DNA from: Podarcis pityusensis | Lineage: Eukaryota | Direction: 5' to 3' (one strand) | Assembly (NCBI GenBank): GCA_964106645.2 | Contig: OZ067042.1 | DNA: 64,000 nt | Shown here: in pieces, positions 23,972 through 35,770 of the stretch | Numbering within the stretch: position 1 is the stretch's first letter | Layout: each line of letters begins with the position of its first letter | The notes under the pieces: model-generated | The model's input: only the letters and a program-made list of their open reading frames with translations | Database searches by the model: none | What the model was told of the DNA's origin: nothing | Made by a program: the position numbers and the translations under genes

Positions 23972-26890
23972 TGTTTACTTGGTTTGAGTACAACAGTGAT
24001 GTAGATTATAGTGGGGTGGTTGGGTGAGATGAACAGCAATGACGGCCAATGTTTCGTTTTGCAGAAGAAGCAGACTTAACAGTATAGATAGGTATTGGTG
24101 ATTTTTTTTTTCTTAAACAGAGGCTCCAAATCAGAGCTGTCCTACAACAAAGGAGGAAGAACAAACAAACTTAACGGAAATAATCTGAAAAAGGCTACTT
24201 GGTTGCATTCTGGAAATTGGCTGCCCAGGAAAGGGAAGAAACATGTAATTAAAAACCTTGCAGTTAAAACTTATCAAAGTGGTGCAAAATATATCTCATT
24301 AAAGTGATCTTCCTACAGAATATTAATAAGGCTCCCTCACTACAAGGGTTGTCAGCAACTTTTACTATTTTGCACCAAATGATGTCATTAACAATACAAA
24401 GTGTTGTCATGGGAATACACAACAGTTGATAAAGGTTCTTTTCTGACCTTGCTGGCTGAGAAATAGCCTAACTGTGACTCTTTCCATCAAATTACATGGG
24501 ATTTACATCAGACTTCGATTGTGCCAGTTGCTTCAATGACAGATTAGTTTGGAAAACAGGCAATGCAAAGTAGTATCTGTTACCCTTGAAGAACCAGGCC
24601 TGGGAGCAAAGAGCAGCATGAATTTGCCACCGATTTATACTGCTGAACTCCACCAGCTTGCTGAAGTTAATTACCAAACCTCCTGTTAATGTTCATGGGT
24701 TTGGAAGGAAGTCCCTAGAAAATAATGATCCGACTTATGCAGTGTTATCATTCTGACACATGGGTGAACATCTTCAAGATGTAATAATGATTCCACTCGC
24801 CTGCCCCGTTAGAAAGCATTTTGCACAAAGAAGAAATTCACAAAACTACCTGACACCCACATTATTTTCTTATGTCATGATTTGGGGTTAAACTATGCTT
24901 TTTTGGCCACCTTTTCAAAGGCAGGAATTCAAGAAGGGCCTCTGTAGATTTGCCACTTTTGGGGGCAGCTATATTTCAGGCAGAAATTCAACTGGCATTG
25001 CTTCCCCCCTCAAACTGTTGGGAAAGCAACACCTGGGGGAAAATTATTTGTTTGTTTACTTATTGCTACAGTCCCTTATTAGGAAGAGACTGTCATATTT
25101 GGAAAATAATGTCAACTAAAATGTTGCATTCTTTACAGTAGATGGAATTTGGGACCAGGAAGTAGAAATGTGTGTGAGAAGGGCGGGGGTAGAGAAAAAT
25201 GTCCTTAGTTAAGCACCAAAAGGAAGCTCTCGCTGTGTTAGGACATGGCATTCTTCTGTGTGGCTGGAGCCTACAGAATATTGGTTCCCCACATGTTTAG
25301 AGGGCACATGAGATGTTTTCCAAGTAGAAACCATGCAACAAGTGGTTCACCCACACTTTTAGCTTCTCTTAATCGCTGAGCTGAGGGGACGTCTGCTCAG
25401 CGTATGAGACAACTGGGAACTGATGCCATGCTTGGTAGTAGAAAATGTGTAGAGTGTTGAAATCAGCTGGTGGGACTGGAAGTTGGTTAATTTGTTTCAC
25501 TGCATTCAGGATATACTATCTGTGCCCCTTTCTGTGAGACAGAGAAAATGTATCTCCAGAGGTCATAGGCTGGAAAGCAGTAGCATGAAGGGAAGTGCAA
25601 AGCCAAATCACTGAGATGTTGGATGTTGTGGCAGTGACAATAGCATGCCTAGGAATAAGGCATAGAACAGCCAGCCCATATATTCCTTTATAGAGTAGCT
25701 TCGAAACCATTGTCTGATCTTGGTACAAATATCCATTTTTTCCTCCATTGAACAGTGTGGCCTATTGCAAGCCATTAATCCAGAATGTTCTTTTGATTGT
25801 AAACGGCAGTGAGTTTGAACTAATGAGTCAACGCAATATAATGATGGAAAGTGTTGCTATAATGCAACTATGGATTGAAAGTCTATTGGAGCATCCTAAT
25901 GCTGCTACAACATCATGTGGGATATGTGACAGATTTTAGTGGGTGAGATGTTTAGGTTTCCACAAAACATGGCTAACCTCCCCTGCAGAGCTGGGGTCCT
26001 TATTATTCTGCTGCCGTCACTCTCCTCCTGCTAACTGATAAAGGATCTGGCATATGACTTCACCAGGTAGCCGCTTCATAAGCTGGTCATCAGTGTGGTG
26101 GTGAAAATGTTACCGCTCACTCTGCTTCCCAGAGTTATGGTGTAGACATGTGGTAAGATTATTTTCACCACTTGACCAGACTTTCACAAAAGACATGTGC
26201 TTGCATTTTACCACATGTTCTTCTATAAATCAATATATGATGCATGAAAGATCCTCTTTACGAGGATATGGGCTTGGATGACCAACCTATCAAGCGCTTC
26301 TATGATAATACCTTTTGGCAAACGGTTCTCTCTGCTGAGCTCTTAAATGTAAGAGCGGGAAGTCCTGAATGTCCTGCCCTCAAAGGCATCCTTCAGGGGC
26401 TGCCATCCTATACATGCTTGAACAGAAGGAAGTCTCATTGAAGCCAGTGGGCTTTACTTCTGAGTAAACATGTATAGTATTTCCCTGTAAGTGACGTGCT
26501 AGTGTCAAATTTCTATTGAAAACAACAGTGAAAACGGCAACAGCCATCACTCAAAGTAAAAGATAAACATATCAAGTGCATCCTACTGTTGGCAAGAAAC
26601 AGCTCTGGAGTCTGTGAAAATATGTTAACAACTGTTCTGAAATGAACAGAATATGCACAGCCCTCTAAGCAGTTCTGCTAGACGGGGGCCACTTCACACA
26701 ATGCTCAGGACTGCATGTAGTTGAGGGAGCATCACTGAATTCAGAAACTGTCTTAGGCGTTCCTTCTTCTAGGCACTGAGGATAAATAAAGCAAATAGCC
26801 TAGGCTGCAGCATTGAAATATTACAAAAAAAGAAAACCCAAGCGCTCTAACTATGGGAGCCTGTGCCTGAATGAAACCAAATCAAACACT

Positions 26891-27262
26891 GACCTGGTTC
26901 CTATGTCATGCTAAGCCAAATGCATGGCCTCCAGGAGTGCTTCACTTCTCCATGGTCCTGCTGCCATGCGACACTGTGCTAAGCAAAGGCATGGCTCACT
27001 GGGTCGTCTGAACCCAGGCTTGTGGTTTAGCTCACTCCAGACTTAACCAGAAGTTGCAACCAAGATTTGCCCTATGATTCATGGTTTACTCAGGAGAGCT
27101 AAACCTCGAGCCTGGGTTTAGATGACCCAAGGCAAGGTTTAGCTTAGCACAGCAGTACAAGGACCAGGGAGGAGCAAAGTCACTGCAGTCTCCTCTCTGG
27201 GAACATGTACAGTTGCACTGACTAAGCCATGATTTGGCTTAGCATGATATGCAAATCAGGCC
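26891..27262. mobile_element. Palindromic MITE inside the ABLIM1 3'UTR
   Basis: Outer arms 26893-26921 / 27232-27260; inner arms 27001-27033 / 27096-27128 (29 of 33 complementary). Confidence 0.7.
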
Positions 27263-28550
27263 ATTACTTAACTTGATATTGTGCTGTGTCATCAAAGCAT
27301 CCAAGAAAGTGGCTAATCTGTCATTTTTTAGCAGCAAAATTTCCAGGAGGTGTCTTGTTTCATAGCATCTCCTCTACAAAGTGGATTAAATACCATTTTT
27401 TTGTCACAGACATTCTGGAGTTCAACTGTACAGCACGCCAATGGATGTATGCTGGTATAGGCAACAGTAGCCCCGATTCAGTCGTTCCATTTGTAATGGG
27501 ATGGAACTTGCTTTGGTGTAGTCAGGTCCCTTTCCCACACTATTGATGTTTGCAGGGTTGAGCCATCTTTGCAGGGATGATGTGATTATTTCCCATCTGC
27601 TAGACATCATAACAGGTGGTGACAGCATGGGAAGCAACGACAAAATTGCAAGAGCCCACATACTAGTCCTTTAGAAACATTACCAAAGCAGCATGTGGCT
27701 AGCCCATGCCCCATGGATTGCCACATGGCACAAGTAGCATCTGAATTAAGCCTACACCTGTATTTCACTTTGGAAATACTTTTCTCAACACAGAACGAGA
27801 AAACCAACTCTCTCATTTTTGGCTTGCTGCTCTTGTTAACACTTAGCAAACTCGCTTAAAGCCGGACAAAGGGAGGAGAGAAGACTTGACAACAAAATAA
27901 GATAATTTGTTCTTAAGATTCCTAGCAGATGTGTGCAAGTGCAAGCTGGGAGTTTCCTTGCAAAGAATTTGGCTGGTATGCAGCAGAACTCTGGCTCAGT
28001 GGCCTCCTTTGCTGATGGGCACTGCAACAATAATAGGCCATTTGAAGGCAAGGCCAATTAATTGTAATGGCTGTGCCCAAAGGATAAATATATTACACAG
28101 GATTCCTTCGATAGCTACAGAATATAGTCATTCATTCCTTGGAGAGACCATGACGACGTAATTGTGGGTTGGCATCCTATTGGCACTTCCTGGCTCTATC
28201 AGCATTGCCCCCTGACCTTTAAATAAAAGTGAAGGGAAACGAGGGAGGGCAGAGCAACTCCACATTATGTATTGATGCCATGTAAAAACTTTATAATGCA
28301 TAAAGACCACTGCTGAGATTTAGAACGTCAACGTTTTTGGGCCACAACTCTCTGGCAAGCTTGAAAGGCCCTTGCACAAGTGCAAGGAATATATAGGTGC
28401 CTTTCTCAGATTTTCCCTTTAACCCCCATTTCCTCTCTCTCTCTCTCTCTCTCTGTCTCTCGTGGTTGCTCTCCAAAAAGCGTTTGAACTTAAGTATGAT
28501 ACATTATCCTATATGTGGTATTTTCTCCCCTCCAAAGGAGAGAATGGGAT

Positions 28551-28664
28551 TCAGAAGAGTTTGGCTTTCTTCTTCATGTCGTTGCGTCTCCAGAGAGGTA
28601 ATTTATCAAATTCCTGTATCGTCATGCCGAATATTTCTTGGAAAACCTCAGGCGCTAAGTGACG
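28551..28664 (-). CDS. ABLIM1: ABLIM1 last coding exon, villin headpiece ([37 protein letters not shown])
   Basis: tccttcag|CGTCAC...CTCTTCTGA. Canonical headpiece C-terminus [16 protein letters not shown] followed by TGA. Confidence 0.98.
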   Translation of the reverse strand, partial: RHLAPEVFQEIFGMTIQEFDKLPLWRRNDMKKKAKLF

Positions 28665-28779
28665 CTGAAGGAAGACAAGGAAAAGGGCAGCTATCAGTCC
28701 AAATGTTTAAACAAGAGACTTGTATCCTTTTAAAACCATTAGCCCAAACATCTGTTTGGGGAGTCTGATATTCTCTTAC

Positions 28780-28860
28780 CTCCAGCCTGGTTCTATCCAC
28801 TTCTCGTAGAATTTTACTTCGCCCTCTGTTGGACACCATGAGCAGTTCATAGGGGAATAT
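28780..28860 (-). CDS. ABLIM1: ABLIM1 exon, 81 nt, villin headpiece N-part (IFPYELLMVSNRGRSKILREVDRTRLE)
   Basis: ttaacag|ATATTC...CTGGAG|gtaaga. Confidence 0.97.
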
Positions 28861-29434
28861 CTGTTAATGGTATACAAGAAGCATTTATGTAGATTTAGGT
28901 CACCCCAAAAAGACACCATTAAGCTCACAAGCAGAATGCAGTCACTGTTGGCAGACAGCTTCAAGTTCGCTAAAAGGCTGCCTTAGGTATTTGAGTGTGA
29001 TGTGCACTGTTTCCTTGAATCCTTTGTTCCTTAAAAAAGAAATAAATCATACTTAACAGGATGTCTATACCAGTTCATTTTTGCACAACATCATACTAAA
29101 AATATATGTGGATTCTGCATATAATCCCATTTCATTTTCTGGATTATCCTTGATGGGGACAATGCCCATTTTGGTTTGTTCACATGAAAAATAACTACTT
29201 CATTAATGAAGGTACCATCGTTAGGTCTGAACAAGTATCTCAATCATGTGTCTTTTCTTCCACCCTTGTCCTCCTGTCCAGTTGAAGCTGATTTTTCACA
29301 TACCCACCATAGCTAGCTACCTAACTTGTTCTGCTGATTCAGTGGTTTTCTGTGTTGTGGAATTTACTAAGCAATTTAATAGGTGTTTCTTGATTAGAAG
29401 ATAGTAATGGTGGACAAGTTTCTCTTATACTAGA

Positions 29435-29580
29435 CATAGAATCATAGAACTGTGGTGTTGAAAGAGACCATGAGGGTCATCTATTTGAACCCCCTGCAAT
29501 GCAGGAATCCTTTGCCAATCATGGAGCTCAAACCCATGATTAAGAGTCTTGTGCTCTACCAACTGACCTATCCCAGCTCC
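29435..29580 (-). mobile_element. tRNA-Lys-derived SINE with CR1-type 3' tail
   Basis: Minus strand gggataggtcagttggtagagcacaagactcttaatc...gggtttgagc (tRNA-like head) joined to gattcctgcattgcaggggg...gatgaccctc...ttctatgattctatg. Confidence 0.75.
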
Positions 29581-31841
29581 ATGCAGTAGAGGTTGGTCTA
29601 TTCTGCTAAATGAATCACTGTCCCACCAACCTCAGTCTGCCCCCAGTCAGCCCCAACTTGCCTGCCTTCTTACTTACAACTAATACACTGGCTGGCACCT
29701 TCCTCCTCCTTAGTTTGAGTTTTGTACTTGTAGGGCAAACAGGTATAGGGACAAAACTAAAATTGGCTCTGCTTGTCATTGGCTCTAGCTCTATCTACCA
29801 TTGACTCCCTTTCTACCCTACTAACCCCCAATGGACACCAGTCACCACAGCATAAGAAAGGGATTGTTTTGTCCACACTTCTGCTTGTTCCAAAGCTTTC
29901 CCCTAGGAAAACCTACTCTTTACTGCTGAATTGGAGCAAACGTCAAACAGGTTTTCCATAATGCGGAATATGGAGTACCAGTAGGAGGAAATGAAACTTC
30001 TAGTCCTTTCTAGCTCTATCAAGATATCTAAACAAGAGTTCTTTATCTGAGCTACTGGCTGAATATGCCAATGATCAGGGCCCAATTTTCCTCTCCTTGA
30101 AGGTAGTAAGAGACTTTTGTCAATTTTTTTAAACTGTCAATAAAATGGTGGGACCTAATTGAGACCGCTAGTTGTTTTATCAGCTGCAACACCTAATGAA
30201 GATTTCAGAAGTACAATAAAGAAGATAAAGTCATCAAACATATACCACTTAGTTTATTGTAATTATTTAAATGATGTGTACTTTATATACAGCTTGGAAG
30301 AGAATTGGTAGTGGAATATGACAATTATACAATTCACTTTACTATATAACTTTAAATACATTTTTTAATGCTATACAATGCAACATAAAACTAACATACA
30401 TTATTGTAACAAAATTAGCCAAATTTTCACAAACTTTGCTGAGAACTTTGAAGTCATTAATCATATTCTTATATTTTACAAAACCACAGAGTAGTGCTCT
30501 CAAGTGCTTTAAAAAATATTTTGAGTCCAAAATTGGGCAGAATTCTCAGGTTGGTTGCTTTCATGGTTGGCATCAAGCTAACGCATCTCGTCAGTACAAG
30601 GATTTATGCTAAACCTCCCATCTCCCATAAACTTCCCATACATGGCCTCACCAAATCTGCTTTGGAGAGTTGAGGAATCCCCTAGAAGAGATTTAGGGAG
30701 CACCAGGCAAGGAGAGGCGGAAAGTTATGTTGCACAAGCAAACATTCTTGTGCTGGTGGGACAAGTTCATTGGATACAGCCCCATAGTTTTAAAGATCAA
30801 CTATTATGACAGTAGTGAGGAATTTATGACCCGTGGGCCTAATCAGGTTCAGCAGGGGGTTCTGCTGCAAGGCTTTCCACCTGCCCTAACCTGATGTCAC
30901 ACATGACATCAGTGGTGCGCAGTGCTTTTTTTCAGCAGGAGTGTGCCAGAACGCAGATCTCCCCACTCACCTCTTGCCTCTACATACTTCTGAGAAGCCC
31001 AAAATGAACATTTCAAGTCAAAATGGAAGCTGTCCAACATGTGTGAGTCTACACTTTTTCTTAAGATCCATGACTCCACCTAGCTCCTAGTCGCTCCTAG
31101 CTGTGACTGGTCAGGCTATGGGGTGGTGCCAATTCATAGTTCCTTTTCTTCAATCAACCCCTTGTGTAGCAGCAGCAGGCTTTAAGCTTTGCTGCCAGGT
31201 CTCTAACGTTGCACGTATGTGCAATTGTGCAAGGGTCTAAATATAAGAGAACGAGGGAAGTGGAGGTGCATTTATTTGACCTACACCAGAACAAGGGGAA
31301 AACCCCAAACTAGCTAGGGAGACAGTTTGCCGTCACTTTTTAGCACCTCTGCAGGCGGTGAACATGGCTTCTATCAAGCCGGCATCTGTTGAGGGCTGCC
31401 TTGAGTCACCCAGTGACTTACTGTAACAACTTCATGGTGAGTTCCAACACCTATGTTTCTTGGAAAAAAGCACTGGAGGTGGGGTAGGTAAAGATGTGGC
31501 TCCCTGCTGAAAGGGGTGTTTAGCAGGCACCACTGCTCAGTTACAGACTGTGCCCTGTGGGTTCTTATAACTGTGGCTGTCAGAAGCTTGGTGCTGAAAG
31601 CTTACCAGTTCCAAGTTTTACTGAACGCTGCTGTCTATTCCCCAGGAAATATTAGCTGCTCTTGCCCTGTATACATTAATGACATATGTCCTACAGTCCA
31701 AAGCAAGATAGGGCTGGCACATAAGGAGCAACATTTTTGGGAGTGAGGGGGACAGACCACAGGGCTACAAGCACAAACTACCACCATTTCATAGGCAAAC
31801 CATCACTGTCTTGAAGGAAAGTGAATAATGTCTGCACTTGC

Positions 31842-31916
31842 CTTTGGTTCCAACATGTTAGGCATAGACACTCCTCGGTCCATTCGCATTCCGGGGACAT
31901 GACCATCTGGGAGGGA
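31842..31916 (-). CDS. ABLIM1: ABLIM1 exon, 75 nt (SLPDGHVPGMRMDRGVSMPNMLEPK), GC donor
   Basis: tgatacag|TCCCTC...CCAAAG|gcaagt. Matches recalled RMDRGVSMPNMLEPK. Confidence 0.95.
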
Positions 31917-33078
31917 CTGTATCAGATATAGGTAAACATCAGACACACAGGTTACATGCACACACACATAGAAAGGGTAAAGGCATTCAAGGTGAATATG
32001 GACATGAATTTATACTACGATCCCATGTTAGATCTTTACATCAGCCAATGAAATACTATGATTATGTACTCCTTAAGCAAGTTAACAATCTGGTTTCTAT
32101 GGTGTCCAACAAAAGCATTCCCAGTAGTAAAGATTAAGTAGCAAGTTAAGAGAATCTTTCGGTTCTAAGGACCAAAGAACTGACCTATTGGATCAGACCA
32201 AAGATCCATCAGATCCAGCATTCTCTTTCAAAGAGTGGCTAGCTAGATGCCTCTGGGAAGCTTATAAACAGGGCTAGAAGGCAACAGCATTTCCCCCCAG
32301 TATCTGGTATTAATAAATCAGTTTGTAGGGGAGGAAGAGGAATGACGGGCAATATTGTCTCACAGAACTGACTTGTCATCTTCTATGTTTCCAGCTATAC
32401 TTTACTCTGAAGTTTTTGCCCTGTTGTAAAAAAATCTGCCCAGTAAAATGGCAAGTTCCTACCTATCCCAGGCTGAAAAAGACTTTCCACATTAATAGCA
32501 TAATATGCAATAAAGATTCTGTCCAGATCATCTCTTCATAAGAATTTTACATAGAATTTAGAGTTAGGGCTGGCGTTTAGAAGAAACAACAACCCTTTTT
32601 ATTGGTCAATCAATGGATCTTCATGTCAGTGTTATATGAGGTCATTTGCTGGCTATTTCTTCCATGCCCACAACCACATACAAAGGAGGAAAGGTCAGGG
32701 AATCATATGTGGAAAATAGGAAGATGGTATGGCTTCAGAAAGAGGAGAGTTATTGTCTGGACCTCCCTTGTTTGGAACCAGAGAGATCAGGAGAAACCTG
32801 ATGGAGAAACAACTGCCACAGGTGGCTTTCAGGTCAGTCTTCCAAAAGCTTACCAAGCAAGTCACAAAACTGGCCTATGCAAGGTATTGTGTTAGCTGTG
32901 CCCTTTTTCACAGTGATTTAAGTTTACATCATTGGTTAGAAATGAAACATGCAGATAAACATGTGCTAAGAAACTCTTCCCTGTAGCGGAAATTCAGACT
33001 TGAGTCACATAGTGGATGAATTGTCGATGAAGTTGGTTAGATACTTGGTTACTTGATGGAAGAAAATCTGTACTGTAC

Positions 33079-33086
33079 CTGAAAAT
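33079..33086 (-). CDS. ABLIM1: ABLIM1 8-nt microexon (completes D-F-Q)
   Basis: ccccatcccttttcag|ATTTTCAG|gtacag. An 8-nt exon is exactly what is needed to join the phase-1 end of 33606-33666 to the phase-0 start of 31842-31916. Human has DYQ at this position. Confidence 0.9.
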
Positions 33087-33198
33087 CTGAAAAGGGATGG
33101 GGATGGGGTGGGGAGAGAAACAGCATCAGGATTAGGATGCCAAACAATACGTGTTTCATTTAATCCCCGAGCTCCTAACTTGCAGGAATCAACTAAAT

Positions 33199-33322
33199 GT
33201 TTCCCAAACCTGGGTCTCCAGCTTCTTTGGACTATAACTCCCATCATCCCTAGTTAGCAGGTCAGGGATGATGAGAACTGTAGTTGAAAAAATAGCTGGA
33301 GACCCAAGTTTGGGAAATACTG
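33199..33322. mobile_element. hAT-type palindromic MITE with 8-bp TSD
   Basis: aactaaat at 33191-33198 and 33323-33330. tttcccaaac.tgggtctccagct / agctggagaccca.gtttgggaaa. Confidence 0.85.
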
Positions 33323-33605
33323 AACTAAATGATCAGAATCAAGCAGACAAAAATACAGATCCATATGCATAAAATAAAATACGGTTTTAATGTACACATC
33401 CCCCTCTTTATTTTAACTTGTTCTCAGTGCTGAAGAACCAGATTCATTTGCAAGAACAAAAATGTGTACATTGCAGGGATAAGTAAGGTGTTCACCTGTC
33501 TGCTATGAGAATAGACTAACCACAAAACAAAGCCGCAAAAACCCAAGCGTATAGGTTACAGATACAGCAGCACACAAAAGAAAACCACATTTCTCATCGT
33601 GTTAC

Positions 33606-33666
33606 CTCGAGCAGCGCTGCTCACATCCCCATAACTGTTGTACTGACCAAAGTCTGTAGAGACCGG
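33606..33666 (-). CDS. ABLIM1: ABLIM1 exon, 61 nt (PVSTDFGQYNSYGDVSSAAR)
   Basis: tcttctag|CCGGTC...GCTCGAG|gtaaca. Matches recalled PVSTDFAQYNSYGDVS. Confidence 0.95.
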
Positions 33667-33879
33667 CTAGAAGAAGACACAAATGGACACGTCAACCACA
33701 TTGTTGATCTGGAGGTGTCAAAAATATGTAACATATGCACGTAAAAACAGACCACAGAAGAAGAGAAAATAGGGTAGTGGGGAAGAGATGACTGTACTGA
33801 AGCATTGGGTCTGTGAAACAGGAAACACTTGAATGAGCGGGGAGAAGTAGCAAAGATCCCAAAGAGGTGAAAAGCCACA

Positions 33880-34149
33880 GTGAGCTCCCATTGCTCGGTC
33901 CCTGCTCCTGCCAACCTAGCAGTTTGAAAGCACATCAAAGTGCAAGTAGATAAATAGGTACCGCTCCGGCAGGAAGGTAAATGGCGTTTCCGTGCACTGC
34001 TCTGGTTTGCCAGAAGCGGCTTAGTCATGCTGGCCACATGACCCGGAAGCTGTACGCCGGCTCCCTTGGCCAGTAAAGCGAGATGAGCGCTGCAACCCCA
34101 GAGTCGGTCACGACTGGACCTAACGGTCAGGGGTCCCTTTACCTTTACC
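33880..34149 (+). mobile_element. Sauria SINE, 5'-truncated
   Basis: Diagnostic cctgccaacctagcagtt.gaaagcac...gtgcaagtagataaataggtacc...gtcatgctggccacatgacc and (ACCTTT)n tail. Confidence 0.92.
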
Positions 34150-34552
34150 TGAAGGGTATGGAGTAGTCAGCAATTCATCATTGTACTTTTGCTGCCAGGG
34201 GAGCAATTCTGGATTCCTTAGGTCTTTACCTCAAATGCTGAAGTATCTTGGCCAGGCCTGATTTTCCCCTCAAAGCATGTACAACCCATTCTTCAGCCAG
34301 AAAAGTTTCCACAGCAGCTTACAAATCAATAAAAATAACAGAGTGCTTGCACTCAGGCTTACAACACAGCACAGAAGATAAAGTGATGGGAGGGAAGAGG
34401 AAAACAAACAAACTCAGGCATCAAATTATTGATACTCAACTGGCGGCATTAGGTTTTTCTGAACTATATTTTAAAAGTTTGGGGATGGAATTCACTAAAA
34501 AAGTTGAAGCAAATATCATCTGATGTATTGCTTAAGATACACGAAGAATATA

Positions 34553-34645
34553 CAGTGGAACCTTGGTTTTCGAGCGTCTTGGAAGCCAAACATTTCGGTT
34601 TTCGAACGCTGAAAACCTGGAAGTGATTGCTTCTGTTTTCAAACA
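34553..34645 (+). mobile_element. Tigger-like MITE left-end fragment
   Basis: TA|cagtggaaccttggttttcga... with CpG-retaining ggttttcgaacg subrepeats; no right TIR seen. Confidence 0.55.
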
Positions 34646-34851
34646 TGTATCTATCCTTGTTTGAATGCATTGAGAGAGCGATACTTGGGAAGCTACGTGA
34701 ATCTATAATCACTTGCATTTCCTGAACTCCAGAACAGATAAAGGGCTTTAGGGCCACCTACTTTCAATCAATACCATTTGGAGACTCCATGAAATTCCTA
34801 ACAAAATAACGACGCATATGACCCTGCTTATAAGAAATGTTGACTGTTTAC

Positions 34852-34916
34852 CCGATGAAGTCCATTTCTTCCATAGCCAGGAAGGGAAGAGGTTTTGGAA
34901 GCAGCTGCATGTGGAG
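34852..34916 (-). CDS. ABLIM1: ABLIM1 exon, 65 nt (SPHAAASKTSSLPGYGRNGLHR)
   Basis: ctgtttag|CTCCAC...CATCGG|gtaaac. Contains the SKTxSLPGYGRNGL motif. Confidence 0.96.
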
Positions 34917-35425
34917 CTAAACAGAAAAGGGAGAAGGAAATATCAAAAATGTAACAATTTATGTTAGGACAGAAACAACAACACACACATTCAAAAAGTC
35001 GAAGTCAGAACATTTTAGAAATCAGTTAAAAGAACCCACAAGATTTTCTCCAAAAGGAATCTTGAAATTATAAGTTTTAAGCAAACTTGGCCTTATTATA
35101 TGGAATTTAGTTTTAACAAAATCCCTCTTCAAAATAAACAGGAGGGTGGGGGTTCAGCATTCTGAAATGTGCAGGGATACTGCATGGGCTATAAAATGTT
35201 CCCTGCTGCTCATCTTCTAGAAGTTGGAAGGTGATTGAATGGTGACCAAGGGGTGATGGAACTAGCCCACTCACCCCCACCTGCTTACATTTCTGTCTTA
35301 AGGAAGGCCATTTTCAGGGGTCACAAAGCCTCCTGTCCTGTTTCTCTTCAAAAAGATGGGGGTATACAATCCTCTATGTTGCTTAAAATGCACTTCTTTT
35401 TTAGCCCACAGTTAGTAGGTAAACA

Positions 35426-35770
35426 CAAAAGGCTCAGTGGTTTAGCGCCATAGCGCCACCCACGTCAGGGTGAGTACCTGTTGCTCTGTTCCAGCTCCTG
35501 CCAACCTAGCAGTTCAAAAGAACGCCAGTGCAAGTAGATAAATAGGTACCGCTGTGGTGGGAAGGGAAATGGCGTTTCCGTGCGCTCTGGCTTCTGTCAT
35601 GGTGTTCTGTTGCGCCAGATGCGGTTTAGTCATGCTGGCCACATGACCCAGAAAGCTGTCTGTGGACAAATGCCAGCTCCCTCAGCCTGAAAGCAAGATG
35701 AGTGCCACAACCCCACAGTCGCCTTTGACTGGACTTAACCGTCCAGGGGTCCTTTACCTTTTACCTTTAC
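35426..35770 (+). mobile_element. Sauria SINE with inverted 5' head and 10-bp TSD
   Basis: Body 35467-35770 with (ACCTTT) tail. 35426-35466 is the reverse complement of the SINE head. Flanks are taggtaaaca and taggtaagca. Confidence 0.88.

Larger units (their letters stand above)
23945..28550 (-). other. ABLIM1: ABLIM1 3'UTR (~4.6 kb)
   Basis: Follows the stop codon, is relatively poor in transposons, and ends at an AATAAA with a U/GU-rich downstream element. The 3' end position is approximate. Confidence 0.7.

Noticed and set aside
29510-29580. tRNA-Lys-like sequence
   Set aside because: Degenerate, internally deleted and fused to a CR1 tail. It is a SINE head, not a tRNA gene.
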